From: Octopus vulgaris
Taxonomy: Eukaryota
Length of the DNA stretch: 64,000 bases
Direction: 5' to 3'
Assembly (NCBI GenBank): GCA_951406725.2
Contig: OX597833.1
Coordinates: 51,336,001-51,400,000, forward strand
The notes beneath the pieces were generated by a model. It searched no databases and was not told where the DNA came from. It saw nothing but the letters and a program-made list of their open reading frames with translations. The position numbers and the translations under genes were made by a program. How positions within the stretch are numbered: the first letter of the stretch is position 1; each line of letters begins with the position of its first letter. Positions 27,110 to 41,418 of this stretch are shown piece by piece.

Positions 27110-29330
27110 AAAGTTTTAAACTAAAAAGGGATTGGTGAAGCTCATTGCTTTCATGGACTCCTGTCTCTGAAACTGGTGACATTAATACGGTTGATTTTTT
27201 TTTTAATTTGAACATCTGTATGTACAGACTCCGTAGGGAAGACGTGGCAACGAAGAGAATTCCAGAGGGGTGAAGTTCTGGAGATGGAGACGGAATAGTT
27301 AATAGTGAGGCCTCGAAAAGATACCTAGTGAGGCATCAACACAATTAAGATTATGAGAAGAGAAACGGCAGATGTCCCGCCCGGAGTTCGATAGAGGTCT
27401 TATTTAACTATTTAGACGTGGCAAAGAAGAAAATTCCAGAGGGGTGAAGTTCTGGAAATGGAGAGGGAATAGTTAATAGTGAGGCATCGAACCAATTAAG
27501 ATTATGAGAAGAGAAACGGCAGATGTCCCGTCCGGAGTTCGATAGAGGTCTTATTTAACTAGTTAGATGTGGCAAAGAAGAGAATTCCAGAGGGGTGAAG
27601 TTCTGGAGATGGAGACGGAATAGTTAATAGTGAGGCCTCGAAAAGATACCTAGTGAGGCATCGACACAATTAAGATTGTGAGAAGAGAAACGGCAGATGT
27701 CCCGCCCGGAGTTCGATAGCGGTCTTAGTTAACTAGTTAGATGTGGCAAAGAAGAAAATTCCAGAGGGGTGAAGTTCTGGAAATGGAGAGGGAATAGTTA
27801 ATAGTGAGGCATCGAACCAATTAAGATTATGAGAAGAGAAACGGCAGATGTCCCGTCCGGAGTTCGATAGAGGTCTTATTTAACTAGTTAAATGTGACAA
27901 AGAAGAAAATTCCAGAGGGGTGAAGTTCTGGAGAGGGAGACGGAATAGTTAATAGTGAGGTATCGAAACAATTAAGATTATGAGAACAGAGACGGCAGAT
28001 GTCCCGTCCGGAGTTCGATAGAGGGTTTATTTAACTAGTTAGATGTGGCAAAGGAGAAAATTCCAGAGGGGTGAAGTTCTGGAGAGGGAGACGGAATAGT
28101 TAATAGTGAGGCCTCGAACAGATGCCAAGTGAGGCATCGAACCAATTAAGATTATGAGAAGAGAAACGGCAGATGTCCCGCCCGGAGTTCGATAGAGGTC
28201 TTATTTAACTATTTAGACGTGGCAAAGAAGAAAATTCCAGAGGGGTGAAGTTCTGGAGACGGAGAAAGAATAGTTAATAGTGAGGCATCGACACAAGTAA
28301 GATTGTGAGAAGAGAAACGGCAGATGTCCCGCCCGGAGTTCGATAGAGGTCTTATTTAACTAGTTAGATGTGGCAAAGAATAGAATTCCAGAGGGATTAA
28401 GTTCTGGAGATGGAGACGGAATAGTTAATAGTGAGGCATCGAAAAGATACCTAGTGAGGCATCGACACAAGTAAGATTGTGAGAAGAGAAACGGCAGATG
28501 TCCCGCCCGGAGTTCGATAGAGGTCTTATTTAACTAGTTAGATGTGGCAAAGAAGAAAATTCCAGAGGGGTGAAGTTCTGGAGATGGAGACGGAATAGTT
28601 AATAGTGAGGCATCGAACAGATGCCTAGTGAGGCATCGACACAAGTAAGATTGTGAGAAGAGAAACGGCAGATGTCCCGCCCGGAGTTCGATAGAGGTCT
28701 TATTTAACTAGTTAGATGTGGCAAAGAAGAAAATTCCAGAGGGGTGATGTTCTCGAGATGGAGAAAAAGATGGGCATAGTTGTTAATGCTCAGCCTTGTT
28801 GGACATCGACACACCGTTGACCGTGAGAAAAGGAAAGGGAGCTGCGCCGTCCAGTATCCAATAGAGGTCTTATTTAAGTAGCTAGTTTCTAAGAAGCCGT
28901 TGTTATTTATAATACACAGAGCACTCTTGAAAGCGAACAATTAAAATCAATGATGTTCTAGCCGTGACCATCACATCTAACACTAAGATGTCGAATATCT
29001 AGGACTGTAATATCCAAATCGACCTTGTTTTTCAAAGACAGTGTATGTGATTTACAAAAAGGTCTGGGAGAGTCTTCTAATAGATTGCATACCTATTGAT
29101 AGGCCGTTGTGGTAACGATAGGTGAGGTAAATAGAAGAGGTAGTTTGTTCGTCAGTTGCAGGTTTAGAAGCCAGATCTCTTTTCGTTTTTCTCATTTTGA
29201 ATGCTGTGTAAGATAGTTGCATGTTTAGCCGCAACGCCATTCCAGATGTTTGAGCAGTTCATTGTGGGCACTGTAGGGAGTCAGTAGATGATCAAATCTA
29301 GAGGATTCTTTGACTTCGGTAAAATAGAGA
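27110..29330 (-). mobile_element. degraded CR1/Jockey-group LINE 3' end hosting a tandem array
   Basis: Minus-strand relics PTMNCSNIWNGVAAKHATILHSIQ (about 29185-29270), SSIYLTYRYHNGL (about 29100-29140), RTSPLWNSLRCHVFPT (about 27230-27280), then an A-rich tail near 27110. Confidence 0.65.
27241..28886. repeat. tandem array, 10 units of 174/151 bp
   Basis: Units start at 27241, 27415, 27566, 27740, 27891, 28042, 28216, 28367, 28541 and 28715 (the last is diverged). Confidence 0.95.
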
Positions 29331-29427
29331 AGCTTCGTTATGTTATAAATGTCAGAGACGGTGAGGTGTAGTTTGCATGATGCTATTAAAATTAACAAGT
29401 AAAACTCAGGAATAACATACTAAGTGC

Positions 29428-29817
29428 TTACTCTTTTACTTGTTTCAGTCATTTGACTGCGGCCATGCCGGAGCAGCATCATCTTTAGTCGAGCAAATCT
29501 ACCCCCAGGACTTATTCTTTGTAAGCCTAGTACTTATCCTACGGGTCACCTTTGCCGAACGGCTAAGTTACGGGGACGTAAACACACCAACATCGGTTGT
29601 CAAGCGTTGTTGGTGGGACAAACACAGATACAAAAACACACACTAACATATATATACATATATATATATATACGACGGGCTTCTTTCAAATTCACTCACA
29701 CGGCTTTGGTTGGCCCGAGGCTATAGTAGAAGACACTTGCCCAAGGTGCCATGCAGTGGGACTGAACCCTGAACCATGTGGTTGGTAAGCAAGCTGCTTA
29801 CCACATAGCCACTCCAG
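29428..29817 (-). mobile_element. SINE family B
   Basis: Near full-length homolog with a small deletion. Confidence 0.85.
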
Positions 29818-30494
29818 CTTTAAATAAATTATCAGTATGGGCGTATAATTCTTTGGTTAATTTGTGATTTTATTTAGGTAGCAATTTTACTTAAACTCAA
29901 AACCAATATCAGTGTCTCCGGGAAATAATTGTTTTGGTATTTTTATTAAGATATTTTTAGGAATTAATATGTGACGGATTAATACATACCGATATGTATT
30001 TATATTGATATAATACATACATATAAACTTAGGAGGAAGATGAGGTGTGAAAACAAATATTCATACCATCCATTTACAATTGTTTCATCGTTGTTTGCGC
30101 GAATGTATAATATCCATATAAATATATATGTATCTCTATATATAGGCGCAGGAGTGGCTGTGTGATAAGTAGCTTGTTCCATTAGTGTCCGAACGTTGCA
30201 TTCAAGAAGAGAAAATAACTTTTTCTGTCGCATTTTAGTGCTCCATCGAACACAGACTACACATAGAAAACTAGAATGATGGTAATATTTTACTCTTATT
30301 CACTGCATTCATGCAACAGTTTTGTTAATGAAAATATATATATAACTATATCACATTCAGATGATATCAAATCATCAGAGGTTTAAAATAAAGGAAAAGT
30401 AACTGTTACACATTCTATAGTTGTCCAATAGTTTCTCGTTCCTACAGAATCTGTCAGTATGTTATGCTATGGATTGAAGTTATTTATTTATATA

Positions 30495-30818
30495 TGGCTC
30501 AGTGGTTAGAGCGTCGAGTTTACGATCGTGAGGTTGTGAGCTCGAATCCCGGACCGGGCTGCGTGTTGTGTTCTTGAGCAAAACACTTTATTTCACGTTG
30601 CTCCAGTTCACTCAGCTGTAGAAATGAGTTGCGATGTCACTGGTTTCAAGCTGTATCGACCTTTGTCTTTCCCTTGGATAACACTGGTGGCGTGGAGAGG
30701 GGAGGCTGGTATGTATGGGCGACTGCTGGTCTTCCATAAACAACTTTGCCCGGACTTGTGTCTAGGAGGGTAACTTTCTAGGTGCAATCCCATGGTCATT
30801 CATGACCGAAGGGGGTCT
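30495..30818 (+). mobile_element. SINE family C
   Basis: TGGCTCAGTGGTTAGAGCG head through CATGACCGAAGGGGGTCT end. Confidence 0.9.
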
Positions 30819-31007
30819 AATTTATATATTTGTTTGTTATATATCTCTGATGATCTGATACTGTCATCTAAAAGTAATGTAATTCCTAGGAAAACAGACA
30901 TTTTCATTAATAAAACACGCGTAAGACGTATTGAATAAACGTAAAATGTTACATTCACTCTGTGTGTGTGCGTGTGTGTGTGTTTGTGAGTAAGGAGAGA
31001 CAGGCAG

Positions 31008-31060
<53 letters not shown>

Positions 31061-31766
31061 TAATGAGAAAAAGGGACCGAGAGAGAGATCAACATTACGT
31101 CTATTCATATTTTCACTTGAATACCTTGTCATCAGTATTCTGCTACACTGAGGCACAGATTGGTTAATACAAAGCAAGGAGACAAACGAGAAAAAAGAAT
31201 TGGAAGTTTTTATAACTCTGAAGAAACACTTATCTGAGGGATATGATCACAGCAGACATCACTTTCAACAATAAAAATCATATTAACTACAAAGTAAAAA
31301 TATAATAACACTTTCGCTAATCATCAAATTAATATTATGTCACCTCCCTGTTTAAATAATTTCCAGGATTTAAAGATGATGGAAACAAAAAAAAAGAAAA
31401 AAAAAGGAGAAAATAATCCATTTATTATCGATGTGGTTCAATCAGAAGGTAATCTCCCGCTTTAATCCCAAAGTCCTATCGTGATGAATTAAACCAGCTA
31501 GTGGCTCTCTGAACGCCTTCTAATCAAGAACAGACAGAAGGGTCGGTGAGCCAATTAACAGAGACCTCTACTGGTGAATTTATTATCTCGTGTCAATTCA
31601 TCATATCTTTGAGTGACAGGTATTTTCTTAGAGCACCTTCGGGAATTATTAAAAATCAACAACCCGCAGATCATCCTTTCCTCTTGACGGTGGATATGCT
31701 TCAAGTCCGACCTCAATCCGCTCAGTATCTCACTTGTGACTATTTAACTATATATATATATATATA

Positions 31767-31885
<119 letters not shown>

Positions 31886-32310
31886 ATGTATGTATATATA
31901 TATATATATATACACATATATACATACATATATACATACATGCATACATGCATATATATATACATAGATGCATACATATTGCATGTCTTGTCGAAGCTGT
32001 CATCTCTAGTTAGAAGATGATTAGTGAGAAACAGCGGTTCATCATTGCAAAGCATGATTAGGCTATATGTTTTATTAATTAATAATTTAAAATAGAATTG
32101 AAATATAGCTCGGAGAGGACACTGACGAAAGCTATGTCAGTGAATTAAGGTCATCATTGAGATATCTATATTTACAGTTTGCATGTCTTTCAATTTCTCC
32201 GAGTAGGTTCTAAGTTATAAAACATATATACGGGGAAAATGTACTTATTCGTGCATATACACGCATGTAACCAGGTATATATGTACGTATAGATATATAT
32301 ATATGAGTAT

Positions 32311-32528
32311 AGGCGGCAAGCTGGCAGAAACGTTAGCGCGCTGGGCGAAATGCTTAGCAGTTACGTTCTGAGTTCAAATTCCGCCGAGGTCGGCTTTTCC
32401 TTTCATCCTTTCAGAGTCGATAAATAAAGTACCAGTTTCGTACTGGGGTCGATGTAATTGACTTAATCCGTGTGTCTGTCCTTGTTTGTCCACTCTGTGT
32501 TTAGCCCCTTGTGGGCAGTAAAGAAATA
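32311..32528 (+). mobile_element. SINE family A
   Basis: Head, core and AGTAAAGAAATA end, with a short internal deletion. Confidence 0.85.
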
Positions 32529-32969
32529 TATATGTATGAGTATATATATATATATATATATATACACATTCACACACACATATATAATAGAAATAATTGA
32601 TACTGGATATTATTTATTACAACGATCGTTTTGGGAAATTCTGCTCCGCTCTCTTGTTTGTGGGAATCAATATAATGAATTCCAGTGCACCCCGCTCTGC
32701 AGAAGTGCCTCTTCAGGTGACATAACATGGTTCCAAGTTACACAGATAACATTTCGCTCATAGGCTCGTAGCTAAATCATATTGGTAGAAGTCGCATCTC
32801 AAACACATTGATGATAAATGAAGAATGACAGAATGGAATGTATTAGCTTGACGGTCAGTAAGAAGAGAGAGTTTTTGACGATTCGAGCATAGCTCTTTGT
32901 CAAAGGTAAACGGCAAAGTTCAAAGAAGGAAAATAGTCAGCACCAGCACGCGGGTAGTTACCTATATAT

Positions 32970-33028
<59 letters not shown>

Positions 33029-34579
33029 AATGCTGCCTCATAAGTATATTATTTATTTCAAATAGTTATGAATGTGATTTGAGGAAAATCTGGTTACTCT
33101 TTCTAGCAGATCAAATCACCAGTTAGTGTTAGAATGGTAAAGATATTGTTGCTACTAAAATTTTTCTTTTATAGTTTTATTATTCTTTCTTTTTGTTTTT
33201 GTTTTTTTTCATTTCTTCATTCTTCATTTTGCTAATGATTAATAAAACAAAAAGGATTTTATCGATTGAAATTCCAGAACAAATAAACGCCGATGTTTCA
33301 AAGAATATATTCTTCAATTAATAGGAGCAGGTAGAATGCTTGAAGGGAAATAATTGTGATATTTGTCTGAATTAACTAAAGGATATGTAAGCGCGAGGCT
33401 CTTTCAACTGTAAAATTATTAAATGTAAACAACTTAGATTGTTGTTGACAACATTCAACCGTAATTAAAATTGCAGCTATTTATCGGAGTCGATGTTGAT
33501 TAATTTTCTGTGTTAATTGTTCTATGGTTTTAGAAAATAGGATTCTTAGCGATGTTTTCAATGACAGTTGTTTCACAGTTTTTGATGAATGTGACAAGTT
33601 CTTTAGAAACACACGATATGAAAAAAAAATGTCATTTAAATATTATTGTTTTAGAAAATTTCCTCTATCTAAATAAATTTATGTAGCTCCAGTCTATTAA
33701 ATTACGTTAATAACTTAATAAACTTCGGAGACTTCTGTTTTTGGAGATAAACCTTTGCCCGAAGTTTATAAGTGTTTGAAAAGCTGTGGATTTCAAAGAT
33801 TGTTTATATAATCGGTTATATTTTTATAGCATCCCCAGAATATATATATATGACGTCTCTCTGTTGAATTTTGAAAAACATCTTTTTCTTTTGCTTTTCC
33901 ACTTTAGATGGTGAATTAGTTTTGTATATAATTTTTAAAATATTGAAGTTGGAACATAGCGAATGTCATTCAAGCGCTAGTTTGATGTTAACTCCTCCAC
34001 ATCTGGCAAAGAGTTTTTCGGCCAGAGCTGGGAAACCTGTGATTTTAAGGACGCGTTCAGCCTTCAGAAGGGTTAGCTGTTGCTATTTAGAAAAGATCAT
34101 TAATTGAGGGAAAATCATGATGCCGGAATATATTTTTCTTGATTTCTAAAGTGTATTTTTCAAATAAATGTAAACTTTAGAAACTCCTATTTATATTTTT
34201 TTAATTTACATTTGTAACTTCTTCAATTACAATTCTGTATTTACTACTATGTTTAAAACATACAACACGAAGAAATATTCGAAAAATATAACTTTAAAAG
34301 GTTCTTGAGGAAAAGCTCATTCCAAAACTCTGTTTTGACAATTTCTGACATTTTATGAATAATTATATAATATTTTCTACTTTAAACACAAGGCCTGACA
34401 TTTTGTGGGAGGGAACTAGTCGATTAGATCGACTCCAGTACACAATTGGTATTTAATTTATCTACTCAGAAAGGGCCTGCTAAATAAGGGAGAACAATGG
34501 GATAAAGAACAGTAATCAAAAGTAAATGTATTTTTCGATATTTTTGAATTATTTCTGTTAATATAAATAAGTAGCTTTG

Positions 34580-35100
34580 GTTGTGTGGTTAAGGAGCTCG
34601 CTTTGCAGCCACATACTTTCACGCTCGGTCCCACTGCGCGGCACCTTGGACAAATGTCTTCTATGATAACCCCCAACACGCCTAATCTTTGTGAGGTGAG
34701 TGAATTTGGTAGACAGAAAGTATGTAGAAGCCCGTCGACCCGTCCGTGTTATTTCTTGTCCCTCTCTTGTATCATCTGTCTGGATGTTTTGCGTTCTTGT
34801 CCCATATTTTGTATTCCTTTTTATATATTTATATGGCCGTGTACATGCACTTTGGTCTCTTAGATGTAAGTATATATATATGTTTATAAGTGTGTGTCTG
34901 TTTGTATTGTCCCTACCACTATGTTTGATAGCCGGTGTTGTTTTTTTTCATCCTCTAAATTACCGGTGCGATATAACAAAAAGTTCCTATAGTGTAAGTA
35001 CCAGACTTTAAAAATTATATAATGGTTTGATTTTTCGTCTAAAGATCCTTTGAAGGAATACTGTAAAATGACTAGACAAAAGGCTAAAACGAGAAGATAA
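34580..35100 (+). mobile_element. old, diverged SINE family B
   Basis: GGTCCCACTGCGCGGCACCTTGGACAAATGTCTTCTA...GAAGCCCGTCG...AAGTACCAGACTT. Confidence 0.65.
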
Positions 35101-35708
35101 AAATATATAACGCGACAATTTTCACCGAGATTGTTTGAAATTTTTTACATGATTTTTTAAATAATTTTCATAGATTATTTTTACAACGAAAATTGATAGG
35201 GTTAAATGTAAACCCTCGTAAATCGGATTTAATTTTGAATTACAATTATAAAATTATATTGTTAAATAATAAAAAAATTGCGTAGTTACATTTTAAATTT
35301 TAGTTTAAAATCTGTTCCTTTTGCTGTAAAATATTCTCGTCCATCATAATATACAATCGGGTGTGCAAATATTCACCTCATCTATTCCCACACACACATA
35401 TACAAATAAATACACAGATTCACAGACACTTACACATAAACAAAGATACATGTAGATGTACGTAGGCGTTTATGTGTGTGTGTATGTGTGTGTATGAGTG
35501 CGTTTGTCTGTGTGTATTGAGATACTGCAGATTATCCATCCCTAAAGGAATTTCTTTAAACATGTTTCAAGATAAGGGACTACTTACACATATGCATACA
35601 TACATACATACACACATACATACATGCATACATACATACATAAAGTCATACACAGACACACCTATAAATTTATGCATAAGTGTACAAATATATATTTGTA
35701 TATGTATG

Positions 35709-35739
<31 letters not shown>

Positions 35740-35842
35740 CCTATATATATATATACATATATATATACATATATATATATGAATATATATGAGTGTATAT
35801 ATATATATATATATATATACATTTATATATAAATATATGTAA

Positions 35843-35873
<31 letters not shown>

Positions 35874-35909
35874 TGCATGCATATATGAATGTATATTGTG
35901 TGTGTATAC

Positions 35910-35961
<52 letters not shown>

Positions 35962-36309
35962 ATATGATTTGTGCGATGCGATTAAAATGATATTAAACAT
36001 ACTAATTAATTGTTACTGGCATAATCCATATATTAATAATACATTGTAAGCAAGCTTGCAATAACACCGTTCAAAGATGGCTCCTGTTTGACATCACACA
36101 CGACGTAGTGTTAACTATCTGTTAACTATTATTAAAAAAATATGCTAGTTTGTGGACCCATTCAGCATCACGGATCCTTTTTTTTTTTTTTTAAACTAAA
36201 TACCTACTTCTTATCATACTTTGAAATTTTCAAGATTACTTATCGCGAATTCTCAGACTAATCAATTACATGCATATAAACATATATTTAATATCACAGT
36301 GAATATTAA

Positions 36310-36620
36310 CCTCTTAACATATTATCCCGTATATTTTCGTTCAGAGATGTGTAGTAAATATATATTTGAACGAAAATGTACGTTCTCTGTACTCTGAGGT
36401 ATCTGTCACTTATTTCTACCCTGAAATACCTCGTTCATGATGTTATTCCCGTTTTCTATCATTAACTATCAGTAACTGCCATTTCTATCAGTAATTTCAT
36501 AATAAATCATAACTGATCCAAAATGATTTGCGTACTTATTCTTCCTTATATACAGATTCAAAATAAATAATTAAAAAATATATTTTTCGCATGGAAATTG
36601 GGAAAAAAATATCTAAGAGG
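36310..36620. mobile_element. piggyBac-type MITE
   Basis: TTAA|CCTCTTAACATATT ... AATATCTAAGAGG|TTAA: TTAA on both sides with short CC...GG TIRs. Confidence 0.7.
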
Positions 36621-37140
36621 TTAAAATGGAATTTGATAAGAGCACGCGATCAAGAGTTACTGGACCATCGTGATTTCGAGTCTCTATCTTACTTTTTCTA
36701 CTGTAACGGCTTCACTGTTTAAATCTTGGATTTCTTAAATGCTTCAATAAAAATGCGATCGAGAGTATGACATTTAATTCAACCGATTAAAAGGTTTTAT
36801 TAATAATAAAAATTCATGTGGTAGAAAAAAAGCAAAGTTCTTTGAAATTGCACACATTAACACGAAAGAAAATATACAGTGTATTTATTAGCTTAAAGGA
36901 CACCATTTTCCCCTAAATTAAGTCCTAAAATTCCACCGTTCACGCTAGAGGACAGGACGAACCTTATATTATTTATAATCCAATTTGATTCCTAGTCATA
37001 CAGTTGGATAATTGTGTAGGTTTCAAACCGCATGACTGAAGTGTAAAAATAAAATAAAAAATGTAGATAATATAAGCAATCATGTGTGTGTATGTGTTTG
37101 TGTGTGTGTGTACATACATACATACATATATATATATATA

Positions 37141-37910
37141 CTAGCAGCATAGCCCGGCGTTGCCCGGGTATGTAAGAGGCCCTAGTAGGCAACACTAATC
37201 CCAATCTAGTCCTTTCCCCCTAGGGAACGAAGGCGCATGTGTAGGCTGCAATGTCTTCTCTTCACTCGAATACTTCTGTGTATGCGATATTCCTAGCTGT
37301 CCCTTTGGGCGAAAACATGAAAACATCATTGCGCCTCCCAAGAGAGTTAAAAAGGCCGAGTTGCGTCCCCTAGACAGTCTGTGGTTTGTGTTTAATACAC
37401 AAATCAGTTTGCTATGTGTGCCACATATGATTTAATCAACCGATTTTTTCCAGTAATAAAGTATCGCTGTGAATTTTAAAAAAAATTCCTGCCAATTTGT
37501 GAAAGATATTGTCGAGAATATGTCATCTTGAATTTGAACGCGAATTCCCAAAATGGCATGATTTTATCGATTTTTCTGATGGTAAGTTATTGCATGGAAA
37601 ACTAACGGCAGAATTAAGTTTCTTAGGGTAACATTAAGCTTCACCATGAGTTTGGTGAAAATCGATTGCAAGTTGCGAAAACTACAACAGAAAATGTGTT
37701 GCATATAAGAAGCTTAGATTCTCGACCCCATGTCGAATTTATCAATTTTTTTCAGAACTGGGGGAACTTTTCAAAATTTTCGCTGCGTTAGTTTTGAATT
37801 ATGACATTGGGCTGTGTGTGTGTCAAGTTTCATCAGAATCGGTTGAAAGCCGTGGTCAGGGTGAGGGTACAACCTGACAGACACACAGACACACAGACAG
37901 ACAAACTGCC

Positions 37911-37920
<10 letters not shown>
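37141..37920 (-). mobile_element. non-autonomous Helitron
   Basis: Minus-strand 3' end TACCCGGGCAACGCCGGGCTATGCTGCTAG|T (hairpin plus CTAG). 5' end (TA)n-AACGGCAGTTTGTCTGTC...AACCGATTCTGATGAAACTTG; the 5' TC is obscured by (TA)n. Confidence 0.85.
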
Positions 37921-37952
<32 letters not shown>

Positions 37953-38444
37953 TGGTTTCATATCTAGCGTGAACTAGACATATCTTCAGTTTCTCTAAAC
38001 GATAACTGTTCTCTGCAAATAATGGCTTTTTTAAAAAAACACAAAAACGCTGGTGATAGTTGAACAAATATTTCTCTTTAAAAATTATGGCCGGGCAAGT
38101 TGTCTTCCTTCGCTTGATAGCTAGGTTTTCCAATTTTGAAGTAAAAATTTACGAAAATGTGGACAACTCCCCACGGCGTCCGTCCTGGAGTTCAGGAGGA
38201 CCCCTGGCTCATGTGATGTCATGAGGATTATATATATATATATATATATATATATCTTTCTGCCATACATAATGTACATAGACATGTAATGCACGCACGT
38301 GGTAGTTTTGGTTTGTTTGTTCCAGACCAGTTTTCGTCTGTTCCTTATTTGGAATCGGCGTAGTTGCATTATTTTCCACCAAAATTGGCTACGGTTAAAC
38401 GACAACAATCGACATTTTTGTGAATGCTTCACATTGAGTGACCT

Positions 38445-38455
38445 CCTCCTCATTC

Positions 38456-38487
<32 letters not shown>

Positions 38488-38689
38488 GTCGCCGTCGTCG
38501 TCGTCGTCGTCATCATCATCATCTTCACCACAAACCACCACCAACACCACCACTATCATCATCATCATCAGTCATCATCATCATCTTCTCCACCTCCACC
38601 ACCGTCATCATCATCATCACCATCTTCACCATCACCATCATCATCATCATCACCATCATCATCATGATCATCATCATGATAATGATCAC

Positions 38690-38736
<47 letters not shown>

Positions 38737-38855
38737 CCATCATGATCATAATCATCATGATCATGATGATCATCATCATCATTCTCATCGTCATCATCAT
38801 CATCATCATCATCGTCATCATCATCATCATCATCCTCATCATCATCATCATCTAC
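38445..38855. repeat. (CAT)n block
   Basis: Directly visible. Confidence 0.95.
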
Positions 38856-39239
38856 TTTTTAAGCCACTGATCTTAACTTTAAATCCTTTTTTCTCGAGCC
38901 ATTGTCTGATACTTTGAGCGACAGCTCTGCTCAAGGCCTTCTGGCCAACCAATTTCAGCCAACTTTTTATTATGTTTTGTATTGTAGGAATAATGCACGC
39001 CGTTGTCACAGTCGACCTTACCGTTGTTGCCGTTGTTGTTATTGTTGTTGTTGTTGTTGTTGTTGTTAATTATATTGCTGCTGGAGTAACCGTCAGCATT
39101 AATCTTAATTAATTCTTATTATTCATTAAGTTTCAGGTAGTGCTTCTGCTGCTGCTGCTGTTGTGGGTCATACTAATCTCGTTCCTTACCGCTTCCTAAA
39201 CACACATTCAATCTAACACTCGTCATTAATGAGACAACT

Positions 39240-39325
39240 ACACACATACATGCATACAAACATGTATACATATATACACACATACACACATGCATATATG
39301 GATACATGTATGCATATATGTATAC

Positions 39326-39358
<33 letters not shown>

Positions 39359-40000
39359 AGTATGCATACCTACATGCATGCTCAAATACATACGGGTGCA
39401 CACATACATGCATGTATACATAAATACATACATAACAAATATAACATACATACATAATATACATACTTATACACACATACATACATTTACACACATACAT
39501 ACATATGCATACATACACACATACATCCATGCAAGCATACAAACATATACACAAATACATATGCATACATACATACATAACAAAACATACATACATATAC
39601 ACACATACATACATATGCACACATACATATACATACATGCATACATACATACATACCTAACATACTTACACACATACATACATATACATACATATGCACA
39701 CATACATATACATACATGCATACACACATACCTAACATACTTACACACATACATACATATACATACATATGCACACATACATATACATACATACATACAT
39801 GCATACGTACATACCCAACATACTTACACATACATACATACATATACATACATATATACACACATACATATGCATACATACATGCATATACATTCATACA
39901 AGCATACATACATAACATGCTTACATACATTCATATCATACATACATATATACACATACATATACATACATGCATACATACATAAATGCATACAATCAAC
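39240..40000. repeat. degenerate (TACA/CA)n block
   Basis: Directly visible. Confidence 0.9.
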
Positions 40001-40297
40001 TCCTGCACACGCAGATATACTGTGAACAAACGATATGTGTGTGTATCTATGCGACTGTAAAAGTTTGTGAGAGTAAATTGAGTTGACCCACAGTTAAACC
40101 ATAACAACAAGAATAACATCGAAACTACAACAACCTAAAGACATTCCTTCAGACACCTAATTCAGAGAAACAAGAAACGAAAAAAAAAACAAATGAAAAG
40201 AAAAAAAACAATTGCAAAAAATATTATAGCAGTATCACCATTATCAAAAAATCAAGTGATTGTGCCGAAACATTCGTAATAGTGTAGGTGCCACAAG

Positions 40298-40680
40298 TGG
40301 AAGCGCAATGGCGCAGAGGTTAGGGCAGCGGACTCGTGGTACTAGGATCGCGGTTTCGATTCCCAGACTGGGCGCTGTGAGTGTTTATTGAGCGATAACA
40401 CTTAAAGTTCCACGCAGATCCGGCAGCGGGGTGGTGGCGAACCCTGCTGTACTCTTTCACCACAACTTTCTTTCACTCGTTCTTCCTGTTTCTGTTTTAC
40501 CTCTATTTCGAAGGACCAGCGTTGTCACACTCTGTGTGCCACGTTGAATCTCACGAGAACTACGTTAATGGTACACATGTCTGTGGAATGCTCAGCCACT
40601 TGCACGTTAATTTCACAAGCAGGCTGTTCCGTTGATTGGATCAACTAGAACCCTCGTCGTCATGACTGACGGAATACCGT
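40298..40680 (+). mobile_element. SINE family E (tRNA-like head)
   Basis: GCGCAATGGCGCAGAGGTTAGGGCAGCGGACTC...GGTTTCGATTCCC; homolog of 46779-47160; imperfect TSD GTAGGT(G/A)CCAC. Confidence 0.85.
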
Positions 40681-41115
40681 AGTAGGTACCACTAACCACT
40701 GGTCTACTATCTAATCGGATTCTCTTTGCTTTTTTCTACTCGAGATACAGGTGGACAGCAAAGAAATGAAAATAAATGCAACATTGTTTTATTGTCGGAG
40801 TACGCCCCTCTTATAAACGCTTGTGGCCAAGAGGTTAGAGTGTGTAGTTAATTCTCAAAACGATCGTGTGTGCGAATCCTGTACCGTGTGACACACTGTA
40901 TCCTTAATCAAGGAACTTCACTTCGCACTAATTTACTAAACTGCGATGAGATCCAACTCGTGCACCTCTATCTCCCTCCATTTCTCTCCCTCCCCCTCTC
41001 TCTTTCCCTCCACCTCTCGAGTTTTTGTCCTCTGACTCAAGCGTGACCGACCCCATAATATGTCTACAGCTACAAAGGATTACTTTGGAATCTAAAGCAA
41101 TTAGAATAAGCCTAC

Positions 41116-41418
41116 AGTTAGTTCCTTCTCGAGCCGTGCCTGGCTCATAGGGGCCACTTTCCAGGTTTCCTTGGCGTGTAGGTTCCCCACCTGGACGGGA
41201 CGCCGGTCCGTCGCAGGTGAGCTGCAAGATGCGGGAGGAAAGAGTGAGAGAAAGTTGTGGCGAAAGAGTCAGCAGAAGTTCACCATTACCTTCTGCCGGA
41301 ACCGCGTGGAGCTTAGGTGTTTCGCTTACAAACACGCACATCGCCCGGTCTGAGATTCGAACCCGCGATCCCTCGACCGCGAGTCCGCTGCTCTAACCAC
41401 TAGGCCAAGTGTCTCCAC
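41116..41418 (-). mobile_element. SINE family F (E-type 5' half, D-type 3' half) with 10-bp TSD
   Basis: ATAAGCCTAC at 41106-41115 and 41419-41428; TGGCCTAGTGGTTAG A-box and GGTTCGAATC B-box. Confidence 0.9.

Noticed and set aside
27241-28886. CRISPR-like repeat-spacer array
   Set aside because: Whole units are repeated with no unique spacers, there are no cas genes, and the unit derives from a LINE.
30495-30560. tRNA gene (also heads at about 5975, 19520, 40305, 41350, 46785)
   Set aside because: A/B boxes are present but each continues into a multi-copy SINE body, and no clean acceptor stem is seen.
32113-32136. CACTGAC/GTCAGTG hairpin containing CUGACGA
   Set aside because: The core-like bases are locked in the stem and there is no downstream GAAA..UH arrangement.
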